DNA of 64,000 nt, from positions 3,808,001 through 3,872,000 of the forward strand of contig OY969811.1 in NCBI GenBank assembly GCA_963703315.1, written 5' to 3'. This DNA is from an uncultured cyanobacterium. Its GTDB lineage: Bacteria; Cyanobacteriota; Cyanobacteriia; Pseudanabaenales; Pseudanabaenaceae. The position numbers and the translations under genes are program-made. Shown piece by piece: positions 42,421 to 52,109 of the stretch. The stretch's first letter is position 1. Each line of letters opens with the position of its first letter. The notes beneath the pieces are model-generated. The model was not told the DNA's origin. It was given only the letters and a program-made list of their open reading frames with translations, and searched no databases.

Positions 42421-43263
42421 ATGGAATACTGGCAAGCTTTCGTTTTGGGCATTGTTCAAGGGTTAACTGAGTTTTTGCCGATTAGTAGTTCAGCACATCT
42501 TAAGGTTATCCCCGCAATTTTTCGATGGAATGATGCTGGTGTGTCCTTTGATGCGGTAATTCAGCTTGGGAGTATTGTCGCGGTAGTTAGCTATTTTTGG
42601 AAAGATCTCAGTAATATCACGCTTGGGAGTATTGAAGCTGTACGCAAAAAACAATACAAAACACAGGAGTTTAAGCTCGCTGTCGCGATCGCCTTAGGCA
42701 CAATTCCAATTTTGTTTGGCGGCTTACTGATTAAAATTCTTGTCCCTGACTATGACAAGTCACCGTTGCGAAGTTTGACGGCGATCGCGATCGCCTCAAT
42801 AGTGATGTCAAGTTTATTAGCCTTAGCAGAAATATTTGGACAACGCGGTAAAACTGAAGAAAAGCGTCATTTTCAAAGAGTAAGAGTCATTGATGGAATT
42901 TTAATGGGCTTAGCGCAGGCTATGGCAATTATTCCAGGAGTTTCCCGATCTGGCTCGACTTTAACCGCAGGTTTATTTCTTGGTTTAGATCGGGTTGCCG
43001 CAACGCGATTTTCATTTTTATTAGGCATTCCTGCAATTACGATCGCAGGTTTAGTCGAATTCGTGAGCATTATCAAAAAAGGTTTTGATGTTGGTGCAGG
43101 ACAGTTAGCGATCGGGCTATTCTCATCGGTAATTTTTTCGTACTTAGCGATCGCATGGCTACTGAAATTCTTCCAAACCCATACAACTTGGGTATTCGTT
43201 GGCTATCGCCTTGTTTTTGGCGCTCTACTCCTAACGGGATTAAGTTTGGGCTGGCTAAAATAA
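42421..43263 (+). CDS. uppP: Undecaprenyl-diphosphate phosphatase
   Basis: GIVQGLTEFLPISSSAH, PGVSRSG. Confidence 0.96.
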   Translation: MEYWQAFVLGIVQGLTEFLPISSSAHLKVIPAIFRWNDAGVSFDAVIQLGSIVAVVSYFWKDLSNITLGSIEAVRKKQYKTQEFKLAVAIALGTIPILFGGLLIKILVPDYDKSPLRSLTAIAIASIVMSSLLALAEIFGQRGKTEEKRHFQRVRVIDGILMGLAQAMAIIPGVSRSGSTLTAGLFLGLDRVAATRFSFLLGIPAITIAGLVEFVSIIKKGFDVGAGQLAIGLFSSVIFSYLAIAWLLKFFQTHTTWVFVGYRLVFGALLLTGLSLGWLK

Positions 43264-43442
43264 GAGACTGCTTTCCAATCCCCTATTTCTCAAATAAATT
43301 TTTGCTCTAGCAAAAATTTATTTGTTTATTTCATGTATAGTTATAGATCGCACGATCTTTCATGCTCGGATCGGGTTGTTTGTAAAATTGGTAAGCTTCA
43401 CTTATCAATACCTGTACGGCATCTACTGAATATTTAAACACC

Positions 43443-43772
43443 ATGAGTTACGCAATCATTGAAACAGGCGGTAAGCAATACCGCGTCGAAGTCGGCAGAT
43501 TTTATGACGTTGAGTTACTAGAAGCCGAAGAAGACAGTAAGTTGACCATTGATAAAGTTTTGTTTGTCAATATGGATGGCGATATTTCCATTGGTCAGCC
43601 CATCGTTGATAGCGCTAGCGTAGAAGTTACCGTAATGCGCCATCACAAGGCGAAAAAAGTAATCGTTTACAAAATGCGTCCTAAGAAGAAAACTCGCAGA
43701 AAGAACGGTCACCGTCAGCCCTTGACTCGGATTATGGTTGAAGCAATCAACCTAAGTGGTAAGGCTGCTTAA
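43443..43772 (+). CDS. rplU: 50S ribosomal protein L21
   Basis: YAIIETGGKQY, GHRQ. Confidence 0.98.
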   Translation: MSYAIIETGGKQYRVEVGRFYDVELLEAEEDSKLTIDKVLFVNMDGDISIGQPIVDSASVEVTVMRHHKAKKVIVYKMRPKKKTRRKNGHRQPLTRIMVEAINLSGKAA

Positions 43773-43804
43773 TCACAAATAAACGGAGCTAAGCTCCATT
43801 TATT

Positions 43805-43891
43805 TATAGCTCTTTTCAAGGTACAGAGAATTATTTCCCCGCCGTTGGCGGGGAAATAATTCTCTACTTCACTAGACTGTGAAATGCTATA
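43805..43891. mobile_element. MITE-like element family B, between rplU and rpmA
   Basis: TATAGC...GCTATA ends, central TTTCCCCGCC-N3-GGCGGGGAAA hairpin; aligns to the reverse complement of 47347-47441. Confidence 0.7.
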
Positions 43892-43926
43892 TGCATCTTT
43901 ATAATTATTAAGAGGATACAAAACAA

Positions 43927-44214
43927 ATGGCACATAAGAAGGGTACAGGTAGTACAAGAAACGGTCGTGATTCTAATGCTAAACGCCTCGGTGTAAAGCG
44001 TTACGGTGGTCAAGTCGTTACGGCTGGCAGCATTCTTGTTCGTCAACGTGGGACTAAGTTTCACCCAGGCAATAATGTCGGTCGTGGTAGCGATGACACA
44101 TTATATGCAACCGTTGATGGCGTTGTTACCTTTGAGCGTTTTGGCAAAACCCGTAAGAAAATTAGCGTTTACGCTCCTGTAGATGCAGCAGCAGTAGCAG
44201 CAGTAGTTGCTTAA
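43927..44214 (+). CDS. rpmA: 50S ribosomal protein L27
   Basis: [16 protein letters not shown]. Confidence 0.99.
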   Translation: MAHKKGTGSTRNGRDSNAKRLGVKRYGGQVVTAGSILVRQRGTKFHPGNNVGRGSDDTLYATVDGVVTFERFGKTRKKISVYAPVDAAAVAAVVA

Positions 44215-44273
44215 AAAAAAGAAATCATTTATTTGAAATGGCATCGCCATTTCAAATAAATGATTTCTTTTTT
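44214..44273. terminator. Long palindrome between convergent genes; probable bidirectional terminator
   Basis: AAAAAAAGAAATCATTTATTTGAAATGGC-ATC-GCCATTTCAAATAAATGATTTCTTTTTT. Confidence 0.75.
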
Positions 44274-44299
44274 TGTGGAGGTTGTGCTGAGCATAGCCT

Positions 44300-44719
44300 C
44301 TATTTTTGTATCTTCAGTGATTTGTATTTCTGCAAAATAGTTCTGAGTTTATCGATTTGGATAGGCTTACTAATGTAATCACTCATGCCCGCATCGCTAC
44401 ACCTATGTTGATCATCAGCAGTAGCATTTGCTGTCATCGCCACGATCGCAAGCTGTGGTCGTTGTAATGCTAATTCCTGCTGACGAATATATTGGGTTGC
44501 CTCTAATCCATCCATCTCAGGCATTTGAATATCCATCAAGATCAAATCATAGGACTTATCCGCGATCGCCTGAATCACTTCTAAGCCATTGTTAACCACA
44601 TCGGCTTTGTAGCCCAAGTGACCAAGGACACGGATAGCGACCTTTTGATTGACAGGATTATCTTCAGCTAACAGTATCTGTAAGGATGAAGAAGGATCTG
44701 ATATGCCTGAAGTATCCAT
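44300..44719 (-). CDS. Stand-alone response regulator receiver protein
   Basis: LLAEDN, LMDIQMP, ISKP. Confidence 0.9.
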   Translation of the reverse strand: MDTSGISDPSSSLQILLAEDNPVNQKVAIRVLGHLGYKADVVNNGLEVIQAIADKSYDLILMDIQMPEMDGLEATQYIRQQELALQRPQLAIVAMTANATADDQHRCSDAGMSDYISKPIQIDKLRTILQKYKSLKIQK

Positions 44720-44791
44720 AACTGCATGGTATTAATAAATGCGATAGATACGATTGTTGCTCAGCTTTTGGCGGGGCAACAATCATGTTCT

Positions 44792-45082
44792 TTAGCTGAT
44801 AATTTGGGGTACACGGAAGAAATCTTCTTCACGATCAGGCGCACAGTTAAGCAAAACTTCGCGATCGCCAAAGGGTTGCAGAATATCAGGACGAGTAATA
44901 TTGACGGTGTTAACGGCTCTAGTTGTGGGTTCGACTCCCTCTAGTAAAGGATCGAGTTCATTTAGCTGTTGGAAATAGTCCAAAATACTATCTAGTTGCT
45001 TGGTAAAGGCAATTTCTTCAGCTTCGGTTAGTTGTAATCTACCAAGATGGGCAACGTGACGGACTTGTTCTCTATCAATCAT
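44792..45082 (-). CDS. gatC: Asp/Glu-tRNA amidotransferase subunit C
   Basis: VRHVAHLGRL...FFRVPQI. Confidence 0.95.
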   Translation of the reverse strand: MIDREQVRHVAHLGRLQLTEAEEIAFTKQLDSILDYFQQLNELDPLLEGVEPTTRAVNTVNITRPDILQPFGDREVLLNCAPDREEDFFRVPQIIS

Positions 45083-45122
45083 AATTATATAAATCGGGAT
45101 AAACTTAAGCTTTAACTAGCTT

Positions 45123-45635
45123 CTAGAAGAAGATGTTCAGATCGGCTCTGCCTGTGGTTTTTAACCAGTTTTGCGCTTCGATATAGTTGTTCGGTGCAAG
45201 ACGAATTGCTCTAACCCAATGCTCGGCGGCGGTATTGAAAAAGTCTTCAGCCTGCTCTTCATCTTGAGCATTTTCGCCTTTGTGGTGATAAATCACAGCA
45301 ACATTATTCAGGGCTTGGGGCATTCGGGGGTTGAGATCGATCGCCTGCTCATAAAGTTCTAATGCTTTGTCATGATCGCCATTGCTAGCATGAATCAAAC
45401 CCATGTTGTAATAAATGTAGCTGCGATCGTAGGAATTTTCCTCAAGTTTGAGGGCTTCTTCGTAGTTACTTAATGCTTCTGCATATTCGCCATCACCTTG
45501 GGCAGACATACCATCACGGTAGTAGGCAAATGCTTCTTTTTCTTTCTGACTCGCAGGGAAAAGTTTTAAAATCGTGTCAGCAATAACGGTAAAAGTTTGA
45601 TCAACGAAGTTGTCATTACGTTGCGATCTAGCCAT
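45123..45635 (-). CDS. ycf3: Photosystem I assembly protein Ycf3
   Basis: [30 protein letters not shown]. Confidence 0.98.
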   Translation of the reverse strand: MARSQRNDNFVDQTFTVIADTILKLFPASQKEKEAFAYYRDGMSAQGDGEYAEALSNYEEALKLEENSYDRSYIYYNMGLIHASNGDHDKALELYEQAIDLNPRMPQALNNVAVIYHHKGENAQDEEQAEDFFNTAAEHWVRAIRLAPNNYIEAQNWLKTTGRADLNIFF

Positions 45636-45680
45636 AGTTCTTTGTAAATTTTGCAGTCAGTTGCTAACCAGCATACCAAA

Positions 45681-45774
45681 TAAAGATGTAGGGGGAATTC
45701 ATGAATTCCCCCTACATCTTTAAACTGAGGCTAAAAAAGAGTGGCGGCGCTTCGCGCCGCCACTCTTTTTTAGC
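45681..45774. repeat. Two adjacent palindromes (GTAGGGG type and GGCGGCGC-TTC type)
   Basis: TAAAGATGTAGGGGGAATTCATGAATTCCCCCTACATCTTTA and GCTAAAAAAGAGTGGCGGCGC-TTC-GCGCCGCCACTCTTTTTTAGC. Confidence 0.9.
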
Positions 45775-45789
45775 GCTATGGCGAGATGC

Positions 45790-46572
45790 TTAGCTAGAAG
45801 CACTTGTGTAAAATCTGAGGGCAAATTGCCAAAATTTATTTGAAGCATAAAGTAAGGCGATCGCTAGACAACCTGAACCCATGAGCCAGATCAGTTCGCC
45901 ACGCCCTAATAGCGCTTCCGCAGGAACCGTTGTTAAAAAGGCGATCGGCACAACAAAGGTAAAAAAGAAACGATAAGAAGTAGGATAAGCTGCCATCGGA
46001 TATCTGCCAGCTTCCATTAACCCTCTGAGTACTTCCGTAACGTTATAAATTTTTACAAACCAAATACTAGTTGCCCCTAGCATGAACCAAATACTGTAGA
46101 GACTGATGCAGCCAAAAGTTAGGGGAACTAAACTTGCTAGATAATTATTCAAACCTAACCCCAATTTACTACCTGCATATAGCAAGATGCCGCAACCAAA
46201 AATTAGGTTAGGAAACCCCCAAGGTGAAATTACCCTGACAGAGAGCCAAAACTGACTACTGATGGGTTTTAAAAGTACAAAATCTAATGTGCCATTCTGG
46301 ACGTGCTGCACAATTTTGCTGAGATTGGGAGAGAGAAATGTACTTGAAAATCCTTCTAGGATTGTAAATATACCGAGGACAATCATCGCCTCTTCCCAGC
46401 GCCATCCCGCAAAGGTATAACCAGTGCGGTAAAACAGAAACAAACCAAATAAACTCCCTAATAAGTTGCCAATGCTACTCAGGGCAGCGATCGCAAAATT
46501 AATTCGATATTCTAGTTCCGCAGCGATCGCCGTTGACCAGAAAAGCCTTAATACCTGTAGATATTTACTCAT
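45790..46572 (-). CDS. ABC-2 type transporter permease
   Basis: About 6 TM helices; G.LDFVLLKP, GRYP, VPA motifs. Confidence 0.85.
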   Translation of the reverse strand: MSKYLQVLRLFWSTAIAAELEYRINFAIAALSSIGNLLGSLFGLFLFYRTGYTFAGWRWEEAMIVLGIFTILEGFSSTFLSPNLSKIVQHVQNGTLDFVLLKPISSQFWLSVRVISPWGFPNLIFGCGILLYAGSKLGLGLNNYLASLVPLTFGCISLYSIWFMLGATSIWFVKIYNVTEVLRGLMEAGRYPMAAYPTSYRFFFTFVVPIAFLTTVPAEALLGRGELIWLMGSGCLAIALLYASNKFWQFALRFYTSASS

Positions 46573-46661
46573 ATTGGTTTTGCATCACAAACTTAAAGCA
46601 TGGCTAAGTCATGCTTTAAGTTTGGCAATTAATTGGCAATGAATTACCAATTAATTTGGAC

Positions 46662-46946
46662 TTAGGCGTAACCACGACCTCTGGGGCGATCGTTAGTACG
46701 TTCGCCACGAGGTTTAGCCTTATTAACGCGCAGGGTACGTCCCAGCCACTCAGCCTCGTTTAGCGCTGCGATCGCCGCTTCTTCTTGAGCATCATCCTCC
46801 ATATCAACGAAGGCGAAACCCCGAACCCGACCAGTTTCTTGGTCAGTGGGCAATTGCACACGTTTTACAGTGCCGTAGTCTGAAAAGACGCTTGTCAAAT
46901 CGTCCTTTGCAGCTTGATAAGACAAATTTCCAACGTAAATAGTCAC
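46662..46946 (-). CDS. RRM RNA-binding protein (Rbp family)
   Basis: IYVGNLSY (RNP2), RGFAFV (RNP1). Confidence 0.95.
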   Translation of the reverse strand: MTIYVGNLSYQAAKDDLTSVFSDYGTVKRVQLPTDQETGRVRGFAFVDMEDDAQEEAAIAALNEAEWLGRTLRVNKAKPRGERTNDRPRGRGYA

Positions 46947-47055
46947 AGTCAGTTCGCTCCAGAAAAGAGATCGATATAATAATTTAGCCAGTCTTCGGAA
47001 AAGACTCGCTCGATACGAGATCTCACAAATCCAACCTAAATTTCAGCTTTGGTAT

Positions 47056-47097
47056 AGTTTACCGTCTACCAGCAGCAATTTGCGTAGGCTGTATTAC
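47056..47097 (-). promoter_or_regulatory. Putative NtcA class II promoter of the rbp gene
   Basis: Minus strand GTA-ATACAGCC-TAC-N22-TAAACT fits GTA-N8-TAC-N22-TAN3T. Confidence 0.5.
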
Positions 47098-47257
47098 AAA
47101 GCTTTGTATAAATGGTAAATAGATTACAAATCCGTAAAAAAAACCGTAAACCCCTTGCCATAAGAGGTGTTTTGGGGTGTTAGCGATCGCCTATCAACGA
47201 AGCTATCAAAATTTAATTTAAAATTTCAGCCTAAAGATATAGGTTAAATTACTTAGA

Positions 47258-47346
47258 TAAGTAGCTGGGCGCAATTAAATATAAAACCCCAAAACCTGTG
47301 GCGCACGCTGCGCGTGCGCCACAGGTTTTGGATCTGGTTTTTTACT
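47258..47346. mobile_element. MITE-like family A, second copy (flanks inverted, one end truncated)
   Basis: TAAGTAGCTGGGCGCAATTAAATATAAAAC is the reverse complement of the right end of the 42269 copy. Confidence 0.7.
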
Positions 47347-47441
47347 TATAGCGCTTTTCAGTCTAGTGAAGTACGGGTTTGTTTCCCCGCCTTCGGCGGG
47401 GAAACAAACCTATGTACCTCGCTTGCTTGAAAAGCGCTATA
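47347..47441. mobile_element. MITE-like family B copy with perfect 14-bp terminal inverted repeats
   Basis: TATAGCGCTTTTCA...TGAAAAGCGCTATA. Confidence 0.75.
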
Positions 47442-47624
47442 TTCCAAACCTGAAAACAAGTAGCAGTGCTAAGCGATGCTACTCGTTTTCGGGTTTGCAT
47501 ATTATTGCTTCGGTGTCGTGGGTTATGATGACAGATGTTTCAAAATTTTCTCTATTGAATTGATATTTAGCTCAAAGTAACGCAGTCATCGCGATACAAA
47601 AAGCAATTAAAAAGCTATAAAAAT

Positions 47625-49124
47625 ATGGGTAAACAAAGCCGCCTGCTTGCCTTCGTATTGGCAATCTTATTAGGGGCTGTGTATCTCATCGTTAGTAATC
47701 CACCTAAACTAGGTTTGGATCTTCGAGGTGGTGCACAGCTTACACTCCAAGCAAAAATTAATCCCGAACAAGGGATTAATGAAATTACGCCGCGCATCAT
47801 GGAAACTGCTAAGTTTGTCGTGGAACAGCGTATTAACGGTTTGGGAGTTTCCGAAGCCACAATTTTGCTATCAGGTAACAATCAACTGATTGTGCAGTTA
47901 CCGGGGGTAAATGACCCTGCTCAAGCTGAACGAGTACTTGGTACAACGGCTCAGCTTGATTTTCGGAAGCAAAAGAAAGGGACGGAAAGTGAGCTAAGGG
48001 CAAGATTGCAAATTTTACAGGCGGCGACAGTTCAACGCGAGATTCTCAAAAGCTCTAGCGATCAAAAGGCGATCGCCGATAACGAAGCCGAGTATAAAAA
48101 GAGTGTCGAAGCTCTCAAAGGAATTTTTGAGCGCACAGGCTTAACAGGCAATATGCTCAAAGATGCCGTTGCCTCACCCACAGGCAATGGTCCTGATTCT
48201 TGGCAAGTGGCTCTCACCTTTGATGATAAAGGCGGTGATCTCTTTGCGAAAACCACTGGTGAAATCGGTGGTACTGGTCGTGTTTTAGGAATTTTCTTAG
48301 ATGACAAATTAATTAGCTCACCATCGGTTGGTCCTGAATTTCAAGGTAAAGGTATTTCAGGTGGTCGAGCCGTGATTACAGGCAACTTTACGCTAGATTC
48401 AGCAACTGAATTAGCATTGCAGTTACGAGCTGGTGCTTTGCCCGTCCCCGTCGAAATCGTGGAAAACCGTACTGTGGGCGCAACCCTTGGAGCGGATAGC
48501 ATCCTTAGCAGTATCTATGCTGGTGTAGCGGGACTGACACTAGTTTTGATTTTCATGGTGCTTTATTACCGTATTTTGGGCGTAGTTGCTGATGTGGCGC
48601 TAATTACCTATGCAGTAATTACCTATGCTCTGTTTAGCTTACTGGGCGTGGTGTTGACTTTACCGGGTATTGCAGGTTTTATCCTTAGTATTGGCATGGC
48701 AGTTGATGCAAACGTCTTAATTTTTGAACGTACTAGAGAAGAATTAAAAGCGGGACGAACCCTTTACAAATCCGTTGAGGCAGGTTTCTATCGGGCATGG
48801 TCAAGCATTCTGGATAGTAACGTCACCACCCTAATTGCTTGTTTGACTCTGTTCTGGCTAGGTTCAGGATTTGTGAAGGGCTTTGCCGTCACTCTGGGTG
48901 TGGGTGTAATCACCAGTATGTTTACTGCCATTACCTTAAGCCGATCGCTGATGCTTGCCATGATTAGCAATCCTAATTTCCGTAAGCCTGAATACTATGG
49001 CATGAAGGCTTTTGGCAAAATCTCGACAGTAACGGCTGATATTGAGGCTGAGGCGGAAGAAGTTAAGGACGATCAAGACAAGACAGACAATACAAAAGAC
49101 AATACAAGCGGTGCGGTTCTATGA
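47625..49124 (+). CDS. secD: Protein translocase subunit SecD
   Basis: LGLDLRGG, RINGLGVSE, GALP, GMAVDANVLIFER. Confidence 0.98.
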   Translation: MGKQSRLLAFVLAILLGAVYLIVSNPPKLGLDLRGGAQLTLQAKINPEQGINEITPRIMETAKFVVEQRINGLGVSEATILLSGNNQLIVQLPGVNDPAQAERVLGTTAQLDFRKQKKGTESELRARLQILQAATVQREILKSSSDQKAIADNEAEYKKSVEALKGIFERTGLTGNMLKDAVASPTGNGPDSWQVALTFDDKGGDLFAKTTGEIGGTGRVLGIFLDDKLISSPSVGPEFQGKGISGGRAVITGNFTLDSATELALQLRAGALPVPVEIVENRTVGATLGADSILSSIYAGVAGLTLVLIFMVLYYRILGVVADVALITYAVITYALFSLLGVVLTLPGIAGFILSIGMAVDANVLIFERTREELKAGRTLYKSVEAGFYRAWSSILDSNVTTLIACLTLFWLGSGFVKGFAVTLGVGVITSMFTAITLSRSLMLAMISNPNFRKPEYYGMKAFGKISTVTADIEAEAEEVKDDQDKTDNTKDNTSGAVL

Positions 49125-50083
49125 GATTAGATGTAATCAAAAATGCGCGTCTTTACCTCACGATTTCGGCAGCCGTGATTGTGGCGGGAATCGTGGCGAT
49201 GGTGTTGTCCTTTCAACAGTTAGGCTCACCGTTACGCTTAGGAATTGACTTTACAGGTGGCTCTAGTGTGACTTTGGGCTTGGCTTGTAACGGTGATACT
49301 TGTGGGAAACCGATTGATATTGCTGTAGTGCGTCAGGCTGTGGAGAGCAAAGGCTTTGCGAATAGTGTCATTCAATTAGTTGAAGGAAAAGATCTGAAAG
49401 GGGTATCAGTCAGAACGGCTCACCTTTCCACTGAGGAGCGTGAAAAATTGAAGGTAACGCTCACAGATTCTTTGAAGCAATATGGCGAAGTCGATCCTAA
49501 AAAATCACAACTTGATGAAGTTGGTGCAGCGATCGGTCAACAAGCGCTTCGCAATGGTTTATTGGCAATTCTGTTGTCCTTTGCAGGTATTGGCATTTAT
49601 TTAGCATTTCGCTTTCAGTTGGACTATGCATCCTTTGCGGTGTTGGCACTATTTCACGATATTTTTATAACTGTGGGAGCTTTCTCTATCTTGGGTTTAA
49701 CCTTGGGTGTAGAAATTGATAGTTTATTTATTGTGGCGATGTTGACTATCTGTGGCTTCTCTGTTAATGACACCGTAGTAATTTACGATCGCATTCGCGA
49801 GAATGTAAAACTTGACGGCGGTAATACTAGTTTTAATGAACTCGTCAATGCTTCGGTAAATCAGACCTTAGGGCGATCAATTAATACTTCGCTCACAGCG
49901 ACCTTGCCACTAGTAGCAATTTTCTTGTTTGGTGGTGCAACTCTCAGATTTTTCTCACTGGCTCTGATTATCGGTTTCTTATCTGGTGCTTATTCCAGTA
50001 TCTTTAATGCCAGTATCTTGCTAGCTTGGTGGCGTAGTCGGCAAACTTCATCACTAAGTCAACCACCCCTTGAGGCAAACTAA
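49121..50083 (+). CDS. secF: Protein translocase subunit SecF
   Basis: GIDFTGG, SVNDTVVIYDRIREN. Confidence 0.98.
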   Translation: MRLDVIKNARLYLTISAAVIVAGIVAMVLSFQQLGSPLRLGIDFTGGSSVTLGLACNGDTCGKPIDIAVVRQAVESKGFANSVIQLVEGKDLKGVSVRTAHLSTEEREKLKVTLTDSLKQYGEVDPKKSQLDEVGAAIGQQALRNGLLAILLSFAGIGIYLAFRFQLDYASFAVLALFHDIFITVGAFSILGLTLGVEIDSLFIVAMLTICGFSVNDTVVIYDRIRENVKLDGGNTSFNELVNASVNQTLGRSINTSLTATLPLVAIFLFGGATLRFFSLALIIGFLSGAYSSIFNASILLAWWRSRQTSSLSQPPLEAN

Positions 50084-50113
50084 TTTATCGCAAAACTCCC
50101 TCTTGGGAGTTTT

Positions 50114-50365
50114 TTGTGGTCGCTGTTTGAGGTAGTTAGTCCAGACTATCGCCATGTCGATCGCCAAGAAAAATGGAACGAGTATCAAGGTATTGGTGTA
50201 TTTGAGTATTGGATTGTGGATGCTGGGCTGGGAATAATTTCGGTTCTCTCTATGGTGCAGGGAACTTATCAAGAAGTTGTTTTTCATGGAGGAGAACAAA
50301 TTATTTCGCCTACATTTGTGGATATTCAGCTTACAGTTGATGATATTTTAAATGCTGATATATGA
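50114..50365 (+). pseudogene. C-terminal fragment of a Uma2 endonuclease
   Basis: EVVSP...D...K..EY..IGVFEYWIVD; N-terminal half absent. Confidence 0.7.
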
Positions 50366-50796
50366 ATTCTGATAATAGTGATTCTCTCCCAAATTCCCTT
50401 AGTGATAGCGATGAGTCATTGCCCGATCTTTTGCTTGATCGACAAGTTCAAAGATTAATCGAAGTGCAAACCTATTTGCGATGGATATTTGATGGATTTT
50501 TATGGCTAACGGTGGGAACGGCGAGTATCTGGGCTTTGCGCTCGGAGATTGAACTATGGATGGCATCATTTACATGGGCAGCAGTACGCATGACTTTGGC
50601 TTATAATCGTTTGCCAATGTTGGGAATAGGATTATGCGTTGCGATGACTTTAGCGACGTTAGTTTGGCAGAGTTCGCTAATTTTGTGGGGAGTTAATCAA
50701 AGAGAACGGCGATCGCTGATTGATCAAGTAAAAAAGATTAGGGAAAAGGGGAAAAATCATCCTCTATGGCGATGGGTATGTGAAGAGAAGTTGTAA
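50362..50796 (+). CDS. Hypothetical membrane protein
   Basis: Two TM helices, FTWAAVR, HPLWRWV. Confidence 0.75.
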   Translation: MNSDNSDSLPNSLSDSDESLPDLLLDRQVQRLIEVQTYLRWIFDGFLWLTVGTASIWALRSEIELWMASFTWAAVRMTLAYNRLPMLGIGLCVAMTLATLVWQSSLILWGVNQRERRSLIDQVKKIREKGKNHPLWRWVCEEKL

Positions 50797-50884
50797 TTTT
50801 GTAAGCTTGCCCTTATTTGTGTGAGTGCTGGGAGTTAATAATTCTATAATCTTTGCAGTTGATCTAAATCTACCGATTGTAATC

Positions 50885-51307
50885 ATGGCTTCATCTCGTT
50901 CAGCACTCCTATCATCCCTACTTTTAGAATTAATTGAAATTTTGCGCGATCGACAAGGGGATACATGGACAGCGATCGTCCGTGCGGCTTCGGGCAAATC
51001 GGCAACGATCGCCATTGATGATACGCGCTTATACCTACAAGCAGAGGGTGGTCAAGACTTACAGATTAAAATCACTGAGGCTGATCCTGATGCAAATAAT
51101 TCCTTTGAGAGTACAGGTACAACTTTGTGTGATGTCATGTTTGGCAGATCTTCTCTCGATAAGTCTGTCGCCTCTGGCAAAATATTCATCCGTGCGAGTT
51201 TTGGCGATCTACTAAAAATCCGTGCTGTCGTTGCTTCAGTTTTAGAAGAAACCCAAATTGAGCCAAGATTGTTATATCTTTGGACAAAGTTTGAACAAGA
51301 ATGGTAA
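50885..51307 (+). CDS. SCP2/sterol-carrier-like domain protein
   Basis: C-terminal G..SLDKSVASGKIFIRAS..DLL pattern resembles SCP2. Confidence 0.55.
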   Translation: MASSRSALLSSLLLELIEILRDRQGDTWTAIVRAASGKSATIAIDDTRLYLQAEGGQDLQIKITEADPDANNSFESTGTTLCDVMFGRSSLDKSVASGKIFIRASFGDLLKIRAVVASVLEETQIEPRLLYLWTKFEQEW

Positions 51308-51310
51308 ATT

Positions 51311-52045
51311 CTAAGAAATCTTACTCAAAATGGAAAGTGTGCCAAAAGCAATGAGAATCAGTCCACTTACCCAGTTGAGCCAGCTTGACCAACGACGTAA
51401 TGCTAAAAACTGCTTAATAATGCCAGTAAAAGTACCAGCGATCGCTAAAGGGAGTACTGAACCGATCGCATAGGCTAGCAAAAATTCTGTACCAACTAGC
51501 AGATTTCCTGAACCTGAAACCCAAGCTAAAAGTGTTACCAAGACTGGGGTACTGCAAGGCGAAGCCACAAATCCAAAGGATAAACCGATCAACAGTGATC
51601 GCCAGCCCTGTGGTAAATTTTGCGATACTTCCCAATTCCCAAAGCTAGGCAAACGTAAAGAAATTACTTCCAATAGTTGCAATCCCATTGCGATCGCGAT
51701 CACTCCCATCACTACTGACCAGCCCCAAGCCGTCTGTCCATAGATCTTGCCGAGTAGCGCTGCTGTTAGTCCAAAGCCTGTGAGGGCGATCGCAAAACCT
51801 AAACAAAACCAAGCTGATTGCAAAGCAGCTTTCCAAGTACTTTTGGACTCATAGCCGCCAATATAGCCAATGGTGAGCGGTAACATCGATAGTGTACAAG
51901 GGGTAAGGCTGGTGACTAGTCCCGCCAAAAACACCACGCCTACACTCATCCATGAGGCATGATCTAGTTGGCTATAGACCAAGGCATTTGCCCATTGTTC
52001 GAGATGGTAAAACCAGTTGGGCAGCGATCGCGCTAAAGATTCCAT
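51311..52045 (-). CDS. ccdA: Cytochrome c biogenesis protein CcdA
   Basis: SLTPCTLSMLP and ASPCSTPVL. Confidence 0.95.
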   Translation of the reverse strand: MESLARSLPNWFYHLEQWANALVYSQLDHASWMSVGVVFLAGLVTSLTPCTLSMLPLTIGYIGGYESKSTWKAALQSAWFCLGFAIALTGFGLTAALLGKIYGQTAWGWSVVMGVIAIAMGLQLLEVISLRLPSFGNWEVSQNLPQGWRSLLIGLSFGFVASPCSTPVLVTLLAWVSGSGNLLVGTEFLLAYAIGSVLPLAIAGTFTGIIKQFLALRRWSSWLNWVSGLILIAFGTLSILSKIS

Positions 52046-52109
52046 TTATTGAGGATGTACAGAATTAAATTTAGGAACTAAAAGAACTTAAGAGGATAAA
52101 AATGTGAAA

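Noticed and set aside
47115..47127. Second NtcA site upstream of rbp
   Set aside because: Spacer is N7, not N8
47366..47563. Short ORFs over MITE-like elements (also 42146-42331, 43769-43957, 43864-44064)
   Set aside because: They arise from repeat sequence or lie antisense to real genes
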